14,962 nucleotides of DNA from an archaeon (lineage in GTDB: Archaea; Iainarchaeota; Iainarchaeia; Iainarchaeales; CSSED10-239). The notes beneath the pieces were generated by a model. The model made no database searches and was not told the origin of the DNA. It saw only the letters and a program-made list of their open reading frames with translations. Both the position numbers and the translations under genes were made by a program. Numbering within the stretch: the first letter of the stretch is position 1; every line of letters begins with the position of its first letter. Location of the stretch: NCBI GenBank assembly GCA_037147375.1, contig JBAWVI010000012.1, positions 1 through 14,962 of the forward strand, in the 5' to 3' direction. Below, piece by piece: positions 7,255-13,905 of this stretch.

Positions 7255-9011
7255 ATAATCCTTTTAAACATCTTTTCTAATTCTTTTTTAGAAAAGTAAA
7301 TTATAGTTGGTCTTCCGTGTGCACAAATAGTTTTATCTTTACATTTTTCTAAATCATTAATAAGCGCCATTTGCTCAGAATAAGATAAAGGCTCATTTGC
7401 TTTTATTGAATTTTTACAGGTATATAATTTAATTAAATTATCTTTTAGTTTATCCACAGTATTATCTTTTTCTTTTAAATCATCTAATATATTTTGAAAG
7501 TAATTTATATCTAAATAGTTATTTAGAAATTTCGGAACAGTAATTAAACTATAATCTTGCTTATCTTTCTTGACTTCAAAACCTAAATTAGATAATTTTA
7601 AAATATTTTTTGAAATTAATTCTTTTTGCTCAATTGATAGTTTATCTAACTTTATTCCAGTAATTAATCTTTGTTTATCAAAGCTATTTGTGTGAGTTAA
7701 TCTATTTTTTTCAAGATTAATTCTTTCTGCAGCTGCATGCTGATCAATAAGCAAAGTCCCTGTTGTGGTTTCACAAACTATATATGTATCATGAATTTGA
7801 CCAATTATTTTTGTAATAAATTGATTATTCAATTGTAATTTTTTTGGGGATGATGAAAATTCATTGTTTTCAGAATAAATAATTTTTTGATTACCTTTAA
7901 AATCAGAAATAAATGATTTTTTAGAGATTGAAGGGAAAGAATTTGGGTAATCTGTATTTACTTTTGATTCTGATTTGGTTACTCTTGAACTAATAGAGGG
8001 TAAAGAAAAAGAAAATTCATTAAGTGTTTTTGTTGAACTTATTTTCTCATTTCCTTTATATAATTCATTTTCAATAGCATCCTTTAATAATGATAAAAAT
8101 ATCATCTCATTTTGTAATTTTACAATTCTTTTCTTTGGATGTACATTTACATCTATTGTTTTTGGATCAAGTTCAATAAATAATATAAAAAATGGTTTTT
8201 GTTGCACCATTAAATAATCTCTATAACAAGAGGTTATTGTTTTTTGAACTTGAGTTGAATAAACATATCTTTTATTAATAAATAAAAAGTTTGTTGGAAA
8301 ATAAAATTGATTAGTTGGTAAACTTATTAAACCAGATAACTTAAATAAATCTGTAGAAATATTTAATGGAATTGTTTTGTTTTTAATATCAACTCCGAAT
8401 ATCTGATTATATCTCTGTTCTTTTGTAGAACTTGGGAAAACAATTTTTTTCTTTTCTGAATCAAAAGAAAATCTTATTTGTGGATATAGTAGAACATAAG
8501 CAAGGAACATATCATAGATTAAAGTAAATTCTGCGGACTTAGATTTTAAAAACTTTTTTCTAACAGGCAAATTATAAAAAAGATCTTTAACAGTTATTGT
8601 GGTTCCTTTTTGAGAGCTTACTTCTTTTATTTTTTCATTTTCTAAAAGATAACCTTTTCCATTTGCGTTTGTTGATGTGACTATTGCTAATTTTGAAACT
8701 GCATTAATACTTGCAAGTGCTTCCCCTCTAAAACCAAATGTGTTTATTGAATATAATTCATCTATATTCGTTATCTTGCTTGTTGTGTGTCTTTCAGTAC
8801 ATATTTCTAAGTCTGCTTTTGAAATACCTACACCATCATCCTTTATTTCAAGTAAGTCAATTCCAGAGTTTTTTATAGAAATTGAAATTTGTTTTGCGTT
8901 TGCATCAATGGAATTTTCAATAAGTTCTTTAAGTATATCTGCTGGGCTTTCAATTGCTTCTCCAGCACTAATTAAATTTATAGTTTCTTTGCTAAGTCTT
9001 TTAATTACCAT
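7251..9011 (-). CDS. mutL: DNA mismatch repair protein MutL (GHKL ATPase N-domain plus endonuclease-type C-domain)
   Basis: N-terminal GHKL motifs are ELIENSIDA, DDGVGI and GFRGEAL. The C-terminal motifs are DQHAAAERINLE (nt 7710-7745, = DQHA(X)2E(X)4E), TCKNSIKAN and CAHGRPT. Confidence 0.92.
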   Translation of the reverse strand: MVIKRLSKETINLISAGEAIESPADILKELIENSIDANAKQISISIKNSGIDLLEIKDDGVGISKADLEICTERHTTSKITNIDELYSINTFGFRGEALASINAVSKLAIVTSTNANGKGYLLENEKIKEVSSQKGTTITVKDLFYNLPVRKKFLKSKSAEFTLIYDMFLAYVLLYPQIRFSFDSEKKKIVFPSSTKEQRYNQIFGVDIKNKTIPLNISTDLFKLSGLISLPTNQFYFPTNFLFINKRYVYSTQVQKTITSCYRDYLMVQQKPFFILFIELDPKTIDVNVHPKKRIVKLQNEMIFLSLLKDAIENELYKGNEKISSTKTLNEFSFSLPSISSRVTKSESKVNTDYPNSFPSISKKSFISDFKGNQKIIYSENNEFSSSPKKLQLNNQFITKIIGQIHDTYIVCETTTGTLLIDQHAAAERINLEKNRLTHTNSFDKQRLITGIKLDKLSIEQKELISKNILKLSNLGFEVKKDKQDYSLITVPKFLNNYLDINYFQNILDDLKEKDNTVDKLKDNLIKLYTCKNSIKANEPLSYSEQMALINDLEKCKDKTICAHGRPTIIYFSKKELEKMFKRII

Positions 9012-9022
9012 ATAATCACAAA

Positions 9023-11533
9023 CTATTCCTTATAATCAGTAATTCCTTTTTGTTCTTTAATTTTTCTTGGATTCTTTGAAGATGGAGATTTCTCAGGTGT
9101 AATTGAGATTTGTTTATTTGAAGAATCAATTTTTAAGAATACATCTTCCTCCAAAGCCTTCTGAATAATAAGTGCGTTTTTAATTACGTTATCAGAAATA
9201 CCAGCCATTTTTGCAACCTGAATACCATAACTTTTGTTTATTCCACCAACCATTAGTTTATGATAGAAACGAAGACCAGAACCTTCTTCTTCTGCAGTTA
9301 CATGATAATTTGTTATTCCTTCATATTTATCCTGCATCTTGTTTAGTATATGATAATGAGTTGCAACTAAAGTCTTACATTTAGTTTCATTATTTAATTG
9401 CTCAACAATTGCCCATGCTAAACTTAATCCATCATAGGTACTTGTTCCTCTTCCAATTTCATCAAGTATTACAAACGAATTACTTGTTGCGTGATTAAGG
9501 ATATAAGCAACTTCTGACATTTCAACAAGGAAAGTACTTTGACCATGAAGAATATCATCTGATGCTCCAACTCTTGTAAATACAGCATCAACAAGTCCTA
9601 TTTCTGAATCGTTTGCTGGAATAAATGAACCCATCTGTCCAAGAATAATAGCAAGACATACACTTCGCATGTAACTACTTTTACCAGCCATATTTGGACC
9701 AGTTATTATCATAGTTCTATTATTATTAGTTAATTCACAATCATTTGGTATGAAATCAACAAGTGTTTCAATTATAGGGTGCCTTAAATCTTTAAAATAA
9801 ACTTTATTAGAATTTGTTAATTTAGGTCTAACATAATTATGAGAGATTGCAGTTTTTGCATGAGAACAATAAACATCTAATTTACCAAGTAGTTTTGAAA
9901 TTACTTGTATTTGGTCTTGGAATTTGATTGTAAACTTACAAACATCTAAAAAAATATTATATTCAAGTTCTATTCTTTTATCTTCTGAATTTAAATATAT
10001 TCCTTCTTTTTCTATTAATTCTTTTGTTGTAAATCTCTCTGCATTAACTAATGTTTGTTTTCTTTCAAAATAATCAGGAACTGTTTTAAGTTGAGCTTTT
10101 GGAACTTCAATATAATAACCATATACTTTATTGTATTTAAGTTTAAGTGATTTAATATCGGTTTCATTTCTAAGTCTAGCTTCAAATTCAGTTACCCATG
10201 AATCAATGAATTTATGTGTGTTTATTAAGTCAGATAATTCTTTTGAATAATTTGGTTTTATGAATTTACCTTCTCTAATACTAAATGGAGGGTCATCAAC
10301 TATTGATTCATCTAGTACTTTTCTTAATTCTTCTAGATCTAATAAATTTATTTTTATTTCTTTTAAATTTATGGTGTGTACATTAGAAAGGTTGGATTTA
10401 ATTTTTGGAATTATAGATAAACTTTGACGAAGAGAAACTAAATCTCTAGGGGATGCATTTCCAAATCCAATTTTACTTATTATTCTATCAAGATCACTCA
10501 CGTATGATAAATCACTAGCTGTGGTTTCAAGTAAAGAATAATCATCAACAAATTCAGTAACTGAATCTTGTATATTTATTACTTCTTGTTTATCAAGAAG
10601 TGGGTGAAGTGCATCAAAATAAAGTTTTCTAAAACCCATAGCTGTTTTAGTTTTATTAATTAAATTAAATAACGAATCTTTATGTGTATTATCTTGAAGA
10701 TTAGTTATGAGCTCTAAATTTCTTACTGTTTTTTTATCAAGTTTTAAATATTTATTTGAATCAAGTTGTTTAATTGAATTAATATATTTTAATTCAGAAA
10801 ATTGAGTTTCTTTTAAATATTTTAATGCATTATATGCAGAAACATAAATCTCTGGTCTGCTATTCATTCCAAAAGAATCTAGAGTTTTTAAATTAAAATG
10901 CTTTTTTAATTCTTCTTCGGAAAGACCATAATCTAAATTATCAGTGTAATTAATTATAGTGTGAGGTATTATTTTTTTAATATTATCAATAGTATCTGGA
11001 AATTTTAAAATGTTTTTAGTTAAAACTAATTCTTTTGGTTTTATTAAGCTTAATTCATTTAAAAGATCATTTATTGTACTAAAAAAACCAATTTTAAATT
11101 CTCCAGTTGTGATATCAACTATTGAAAAACCTAGTGATTCTTTTATTTGAGATATTGAACAGAGAAAATTATTTTCATAAGATTCAGAAAATAGGGTGCT
11201 TGGAGTAATTACTCTTGTTACTGCTCTCTTTACAATACCAACTGCAAGTTTTGGATCTTCTATCTGTTCGCAGATGACTACCTTCTTGCCAGCCTTAATT
11301 AGTTTATTTATATATGGATCTATTGAGTGATATGGAATTCCTGCAAGTGGTGCTTCTGTTTCTCCCTTACCTCTCTTTGTTAAGGTTATATTTAGTATTA
11401 AGGATGCGATTTTAGCATCATCATAAAACATTTCATAAAAGTCTCCTGCTCGAAAAAGTAAGATGCCATCAGGATATTCTTTTTTAGTTGCAATGTATTG
11501 TTTCATCATTGGGGTTAATATTCTTCCTTCCAT
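9023..11533 (-). CDS. mutS: DNA mismatch repair protein MutS (MutS1 type)
   Basis: 836 aa. Mismatch-binding motif GDFYEMF, Walker A GPNMAGKSSYMRS, Walker B ILDEIGRGTSTYDG, THYH, and the C-terminal HTH SYGIQVAKMAGI. The stop lies 11 nt upstream of the mutL ATG, with GTGAT between them, so the two form an operon. Confidence 0.95.
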   Translation of the reverse strand: MEGRILTPMMKQYIATKKEYPDGILLFRAGDFYEMFYDDAKIASLILNITLTKRGKGETEAPLAGIPYHSIDPYINKLIKAGKKVVICEQIEDPKLAVGIVKRAVTRVITPSTLFSESYENNFLCSISQIKESLGFSIVDITTGEFKIGFFSTINDLLNELSLIKPKELVLTKNILKFPDTIDNIKKIIPHTIINYTDNLDYGLSEEELKKHFNLKTLDSFGMNSRPEIYVSAYNALKYLKETQFSELKYINSIKQLDSNKYLKLDKKTVRNLELITNLQDNTHKDSLFNLINKTKTAMGFRKLYFDALHPLLDKQEVINIQDSVTEFVDDYSLLETTASDLSYVSDLDRIISKIGFGNASPRDLVSLRQSLSIIPKIKSNLSNVHTINLKEIKINLLDLEELRKVLDESIVDDPPFSIREGKFIKPNYSKELSDLINTHKFIDSWVTEFEARLRNETDIKSLKLKYNKVYGYYIEVPKAQLKTVPDYFERKQTLVNAERFTTKELIEKEGIYLNSEDKRIELEYNIFLDVCKFTIKFQDQIQVISKLLGKLDVYCSHAKTAISHNYVRPKLTNSNKVYFKDLRHPIIETLVDFIPNDCELTNNNRTMIITGPNMAGKSSYMRSVCLAIILGQMGSFIPANDSEIGLVDAVFTRVGASDDILHGQSTFLVEMSEVAYILNHATSNSFVILDEIGRGTSTYDGLSLAWAIVEQLNNETKCKTLVATHYHILNKMQDKYEGITNYHVTAEEEGSGLRFYHKLMVGGINKSYGIQVAKMAGISDNVIKNALIIQKALEEDVFLKIDSSNKQISITPEKSPSSKNPRKIKEQKGITDYKE

Positions 11534-11555
11534 AATTAAACCACATGCAAAATTC

Positions 11556-11563
11556 TTTAAAAA
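11556..11563 (-). promoter_or_regulatory. Candidate TATA box (TTTTTAAA on the minus strand) for mutS
   Basis: It sits in the 41-nt gap between tRNA-Phe and the mutS ATG, with 22 nt between the box and the ATG. That spacing fits a leaderless or near-leaderless archaeal mRNA. Readthrough from the tRNA cluster is an alternative. Confidence 0.3.
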
Positions 11564-11574
11564 GAGATTTATTA

Positions 11575-11648
11575 TAGGCTCGGGGGGATTTGAACCCCCG
11601 ACACATAGGTCTTCAGCCTATTGCTCTCCCAGGCTGAGCTACGAGCCT
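11575..11648 (-). tRNA. tRNA-Phe (anticodon GAA), 74 nt, no encoded CCA, no intron
   Basis: Hand-folded cloverleaf: AGGCTCG TA GCTC AGCCTGGGA GAGC A ATAGG CTGAAGA CCTAT GTGTC GGGGG TTCAAAT CCCCC CGAGCCT A. All stems pair. The first base pair is A1:U72. Confidence 0.88.
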
Positions 11649-11684
11649 AATATTTCGATCTCCTGGTGTTTATAGGGTGTTAAA

Positions 11685-11759
11685 TGAGCTTGAGGGGATT
11701 TGAACCCCTGACACCCGGATTAAAAGTCCGGTGCTCTAGCCAGACTGAGCTACAAGCCC
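11685..11759 (-). tRNA. tRNA-Lys (anticodon UUU), 75 nt
   Basis: Hand-folded cloverleaf: GGGCTTG TA GCTC AGTCTGGCTA GAGC A CCGGA CTTTTAA TCCGG GTGTC AGGGG TTCAAAT CCCCT CAAGCTC A. There is one G:U pair at 2:71. Confidence 0.9.
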
Positions 11760-11781
11760 TATACTTTGTTTGTTGATGTTA

Positions 11782-11856
11782 TGAGCTCGGGGGGATTTGA
11801 ACCCCCGACACCTGGATTAAGAGTCCAGTGCTCTAGCCAGACTGAGCTACGAGCCC
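11782..11856 (-). tRNA. tRNA-Lys (anticodon CUU), 75 nt
   Basis: Hand-folded cloverleaf: GGGCTCG TA GCTC AGTCTGGCTA GAGC A CTGGA CTCTTAA TCCAG GTGTC GGGGG TTCAAAT CCCCC CGAGCTC A. It differs from the UUU isoacceptor at position 34 plus compensatory stem changes. Confidence 0.9.
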
Positions 11857-11957
11857 TTAAAGTTACAACGTAAATTCAAACACAAATAAAATAACTACTT
11901 ATTAATTTGAAGATAATATGTAATTCGTTTTTAAAATGTATTTTATATAATATATTT

Positions 11958-12500
11958 ATGGGTAAAAAGATTTATAAAGTAAATATATTAAAGCTAGATC
12001 ATAGACCTGAAAGAGATAAAAGAATAACTACACACTGTGCATTAGTTTCTCGTGCTTTTGGAGCAAATGAATTTTATTATTCAGGGATTGAAGATTATAG
12101 ATTACATGAAAACATTAATAAAATTGTGAAAAAGTGGGGTGGAGACTTTAAAATTAATTATTGCTCATCTCCCACATCTTTTGTTAGGGAATTTAAAAGA
12201 AAAGAAAATGGAATTGTTATTCATTTAACAATGTATGGAGAACAAGTTATAAAAATTATTAAAAATATTAAAATTAAGGAAAACATACTTTTTATTGTTG
12301 GTGGGCCAAAGGTCCCTAGAATTTATTATGAACTTGCGGATTATAATGTTTCTGTAACAAACCAACCACATAGTGAGGTTGCTGCTCTTGCAATATCTTT
12401 ATATTTACTATTTCCAGATAAATTAGATGGAGATGAATTTAATGGAAATATTAAAATCATTCCTGATGAAAACAGAAAGAATGTTATTAACTTAAAATAA
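11958..12500 (+). CDS. trm56: tRNA (cytidine56-2'-O)-methyltransferase, archaeal Trm56 (SPOUT family, COG1303)
   Basis: Family-typical motifs are LDHRPERDKRITTHCALVSRAFGA and GGPKVPRIYYELADYNVSVTNQPHSEVAALA. The ORF track starts at TTG 11907, but the 17 extra residues (MKIICNSFLKCILYNIF) have no counterpart in the family. ATG 11958 (MGKKIYKVNILKLDHR) is the more likely start. Confidence 0.85.
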   Translation: MGKKIYKVNILKLDHRPERDKRITTHCALVSRAFGANEFYYSGIEDYRLHENINKIVKKWGGDFKINYCSSPTSFVREFKRKENGIVIHLTMYGEQVIKIIKNIKIKENILFIVGGPKVPRIYYELADYNVSVTNQPHSEVAALAISLYLLFPDKLDGDEFNGNIKIIPDENRKNVINLK

Positions 12501-12510
12501 GATAGTATCA

Positions 12511-12523
12511 TAATTATATATAG
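12511..12523 (+). promoter_or_regulatory. Candidate TATA box (TAATTATATATAG) for tfe
   Basis: It is centred about 26 nt upstream of GTG 12543 and about 35 nt upstream of ATG 12552, in the 42-nt trm56-tfe gap. This fits a leaderless or very short-leader transcript. Confidence 0.35.
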
Positions 12524-12542
12524 ATTAGATAATTTTCTAGTA

Positions 12543-13121
12543 GTGATAATTATGAATAAACTAAAAAAAGAACTATTAAGTGAAAAAAATACAAACTATT
12601 TTTTAGAACAGATTGCTGGGCCTCTTGCACCAAGTGTTGTTAAAATATTCAATAACGAGGCTTTATCTCCAGAAGATATATCTAAAAGACTTAAACAAAA
12701 GATAACAACAGTTAGATCTACATTAAATAGTCTACATTACAGAGGAATAGCTTGTTATAAGAAACAGAGAAATGATAAAAACATGTATGAGTTTCTTTGG
12801 GAAATTAAATTTAAGAAAATTATTGAAATATTATTATTACAAGAAATGAAAAAGTATAAGAAAAACGAAGATAGTATTAATGATAAAGAAGTTCATGATT
12901 TTTTCTATTGCCCAAACAAATGTACAGAGGTTGCTTTTGAAATTGCAGCAGCTTATGATTTTAAATGCCCAACTTGTGGAAAGGGACTTGAAGTTGTGAA
13001 TACAAAGAACAAACTTACTAATCTTAAGAAGCAAAATAAACAGATTGCAGAGAATATTAAAAAACTTGAAAGTCTTATTGAAAAGATTAAGGATAATACA
13101 AATGGGTATGTTTGCGAGTAA
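12543..13121 (+). CDS. tfe: Transcription factor E (TFE-alpha, archaeal TFIIE-alpha homologue)
   Basis: An N-terminal winged helix (SPEDISKRLKQKITTVRSTLNSLHYRGIACYKKQRNDKNMYEFLWEI) is followed by the zinc ribbon CPNKC...(17 aa)...CPTCG. The start is ambiguous between GTG 12543 and ATG 12552. Confidence 0.8.
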   Translation: MIIMNKLKKELLSEKNTNYFLEQIAGPLAPSVVKIFNNEALSPEDISKRLKQKITTVRSTLNSLHYRGIACYKKQRNDKNMYEFLWEIKFKKIIEILLLQEMKKYKKNEDSINDKEVHDFFYCPNKCTEVAFEIAAAYDFKCPTCGKGLEVVNTKNKLTNLKKQNKQIAENIKKLESLIEKIKDNTNGYVCE

Positions 13122-13219
13122 AAGTACCTTTTATATATATTTTGGTAGCATTAATAGATATTTAGTAACTCTCTTTTTAATAATTAAATATTATTAAAGA
13201 TAATCAATCGAAAATAATT

Positions 13220-13294
13220 AGCGGGGTGGGGCAGCCTGGAGTGCCCGCCGGGCTCATAACCCGGAGGTCGATGGTTCAAATCCATCCCCCGCTA
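13220..13294 (+). tRNA. Initiator tRNA-Met (anticodon CAU), 75 nt
   Basis: Hand-folded cloverleaf: AGCGGGG TG GGGC AGCCTGGAGT GCCC G CCGGG CTCATAA CCCGG AGGTC GATGG TTCAAAT CCATC CCCCGCT A. The A1:U72 pair and three consecutive G:C pairs closing the anticodon loop are archaeal/eukaryal initiator hallmarks. Confidence 0.9.
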
Positions 13295-13312
13295 TATTTC
13301 TAATTTTTATTT
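13295..13312 (+). terminator. Oligo-T tract immediately 3' of tRNA-iMet (TATTTCTAATTTTTATTT)
   Basis: Archaeal RNA polymerase terminates at oligo-T runs, and a TTTTT run lies at 13304-13308, directly after the tRNA. A 7-bp hairpin ACCAAAT/ATTTGGT (13315-13321 / 13332-13338) follows. Confidence 0.4.
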
Positions 13313-13336
13313 AAACCAAATTATTAATTTTATTTG

Positions 13337-13905
13337 GTAATTACTACATCAACAAGCAATTTCTGTTATATTTGTTGGACACTATTTGCTAAAATCATTT
13401 TTGATGGTTAAAGATATTAAAACACCTTAAATCATAAAAAAAGCACAAAATAACCTAATAAGTTGCATTAGTGGCTTTTTTAGCCAAATAAATACAAAAT
13501 AAACCAAAAAAAATTATTAAAATAACTATTTTTTATAGTAATTACTTAAAAACTACAGTAATTACTTAAAATTTGGTTTAAAATAAGCAAGAAAAACACA
13601 AACATATACATAAAATAAATATATACTAAAATTCAAATAAATTTAAATTTCAGAGCAACACAAAAAACAAATAAATAGTTATGTCTAATTAATGGTAATT
13701 ACCATAATTACCAAAACCAGTGTTAAGTAATTACTGTGCGTACAGAAACCTTTATAATAATTACGGTAATTACTATATAGGATAAGTTATGAATATAAAA
13801 GAAATATTTAAAGGATTTACAAATTTATTTAAATCTAAGGATAAAGTTAAATTTGAAATTAATAATAAAGAATCAAATGGTAATTACTATAATGAACGTA
13901 ATTAC
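13337..13905. repeat. Array of the perfect palindrome GTAATTAC (8 exact copies plus 2 ATAATTAC variants)
   Basis: Exact copies start at 13337, 13538, 13558, 13695, 13727, 13766, 13880 and 13898. ATAATTAC variants start at 13704 and 13757. Several copies extend to 10-bp palindromes: AGTAATTACT at 13537, 13557 and 13726; GGTAATTACC at 13694; CGTAATTACG at 13897. AGTAATTACTTAAAA is a 15-nt direct repeat with a 20-bp period (13537, 13557). Confidence 0.85.

Noticed and set aside
7975-8217. 80-aa plus-strand ORF inside mutL
   Set aside because: It is antisense to a gene with unambiguous MutL motifs. This is a shadow ORF typical of AT-rich coding regions.
8677-9015. 112-aa plus-strand ORF over the mutL N-terminal region
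   Set aside because: It is antisense to the conserved GHKL ATPase motifs of MutL, has hydrophobic low-complexity content, and has no translation signals.
11463-11675. 70-aa plus-strand ORF spanning the mutS start and tRNA-Phe
   Set aside because: It overlaps the antisense of the mutS N-terminus and runs straight through a well-folding tRNA gene. It is an artefact.
11907-11957. TTG start extension of the trm56 ORF
   Set aside because: The 17 extra residues are hydrophobic and unconserved relative to the Trm56 family, and the extension would eat into the divergent promoter region shared with tRNA-Lys. ATG 11958 aligns with the family N-terminus.
12837-13034. 65-aa minus-strand ORF inside tfe
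   Set aside because: It is antisense to the TFE zinc-ribbon region and has no supporting signals.
232-13294. Apparent clustering of tRNA-related functions (elp3, trm56, four tRNA genes) as a dedicated tRNA island
   Set aside because: The genes lie in three separate transcription blocks interleaved with unrelated genes (surface proteins, mutSL, tfe). In a very small genome such proximity is expected by chance.
13337-13905. Possibility that the GTAATTAC repeats are a CRISPR array
   Set aside because: The repeats are only 8-10 bp, are irregularly spaced (9 to about 200 bp), and partly lie inside an ORF. CRISPR repeats are about 24-40 bp with uniform spacers, and there are no cas genes in the window.
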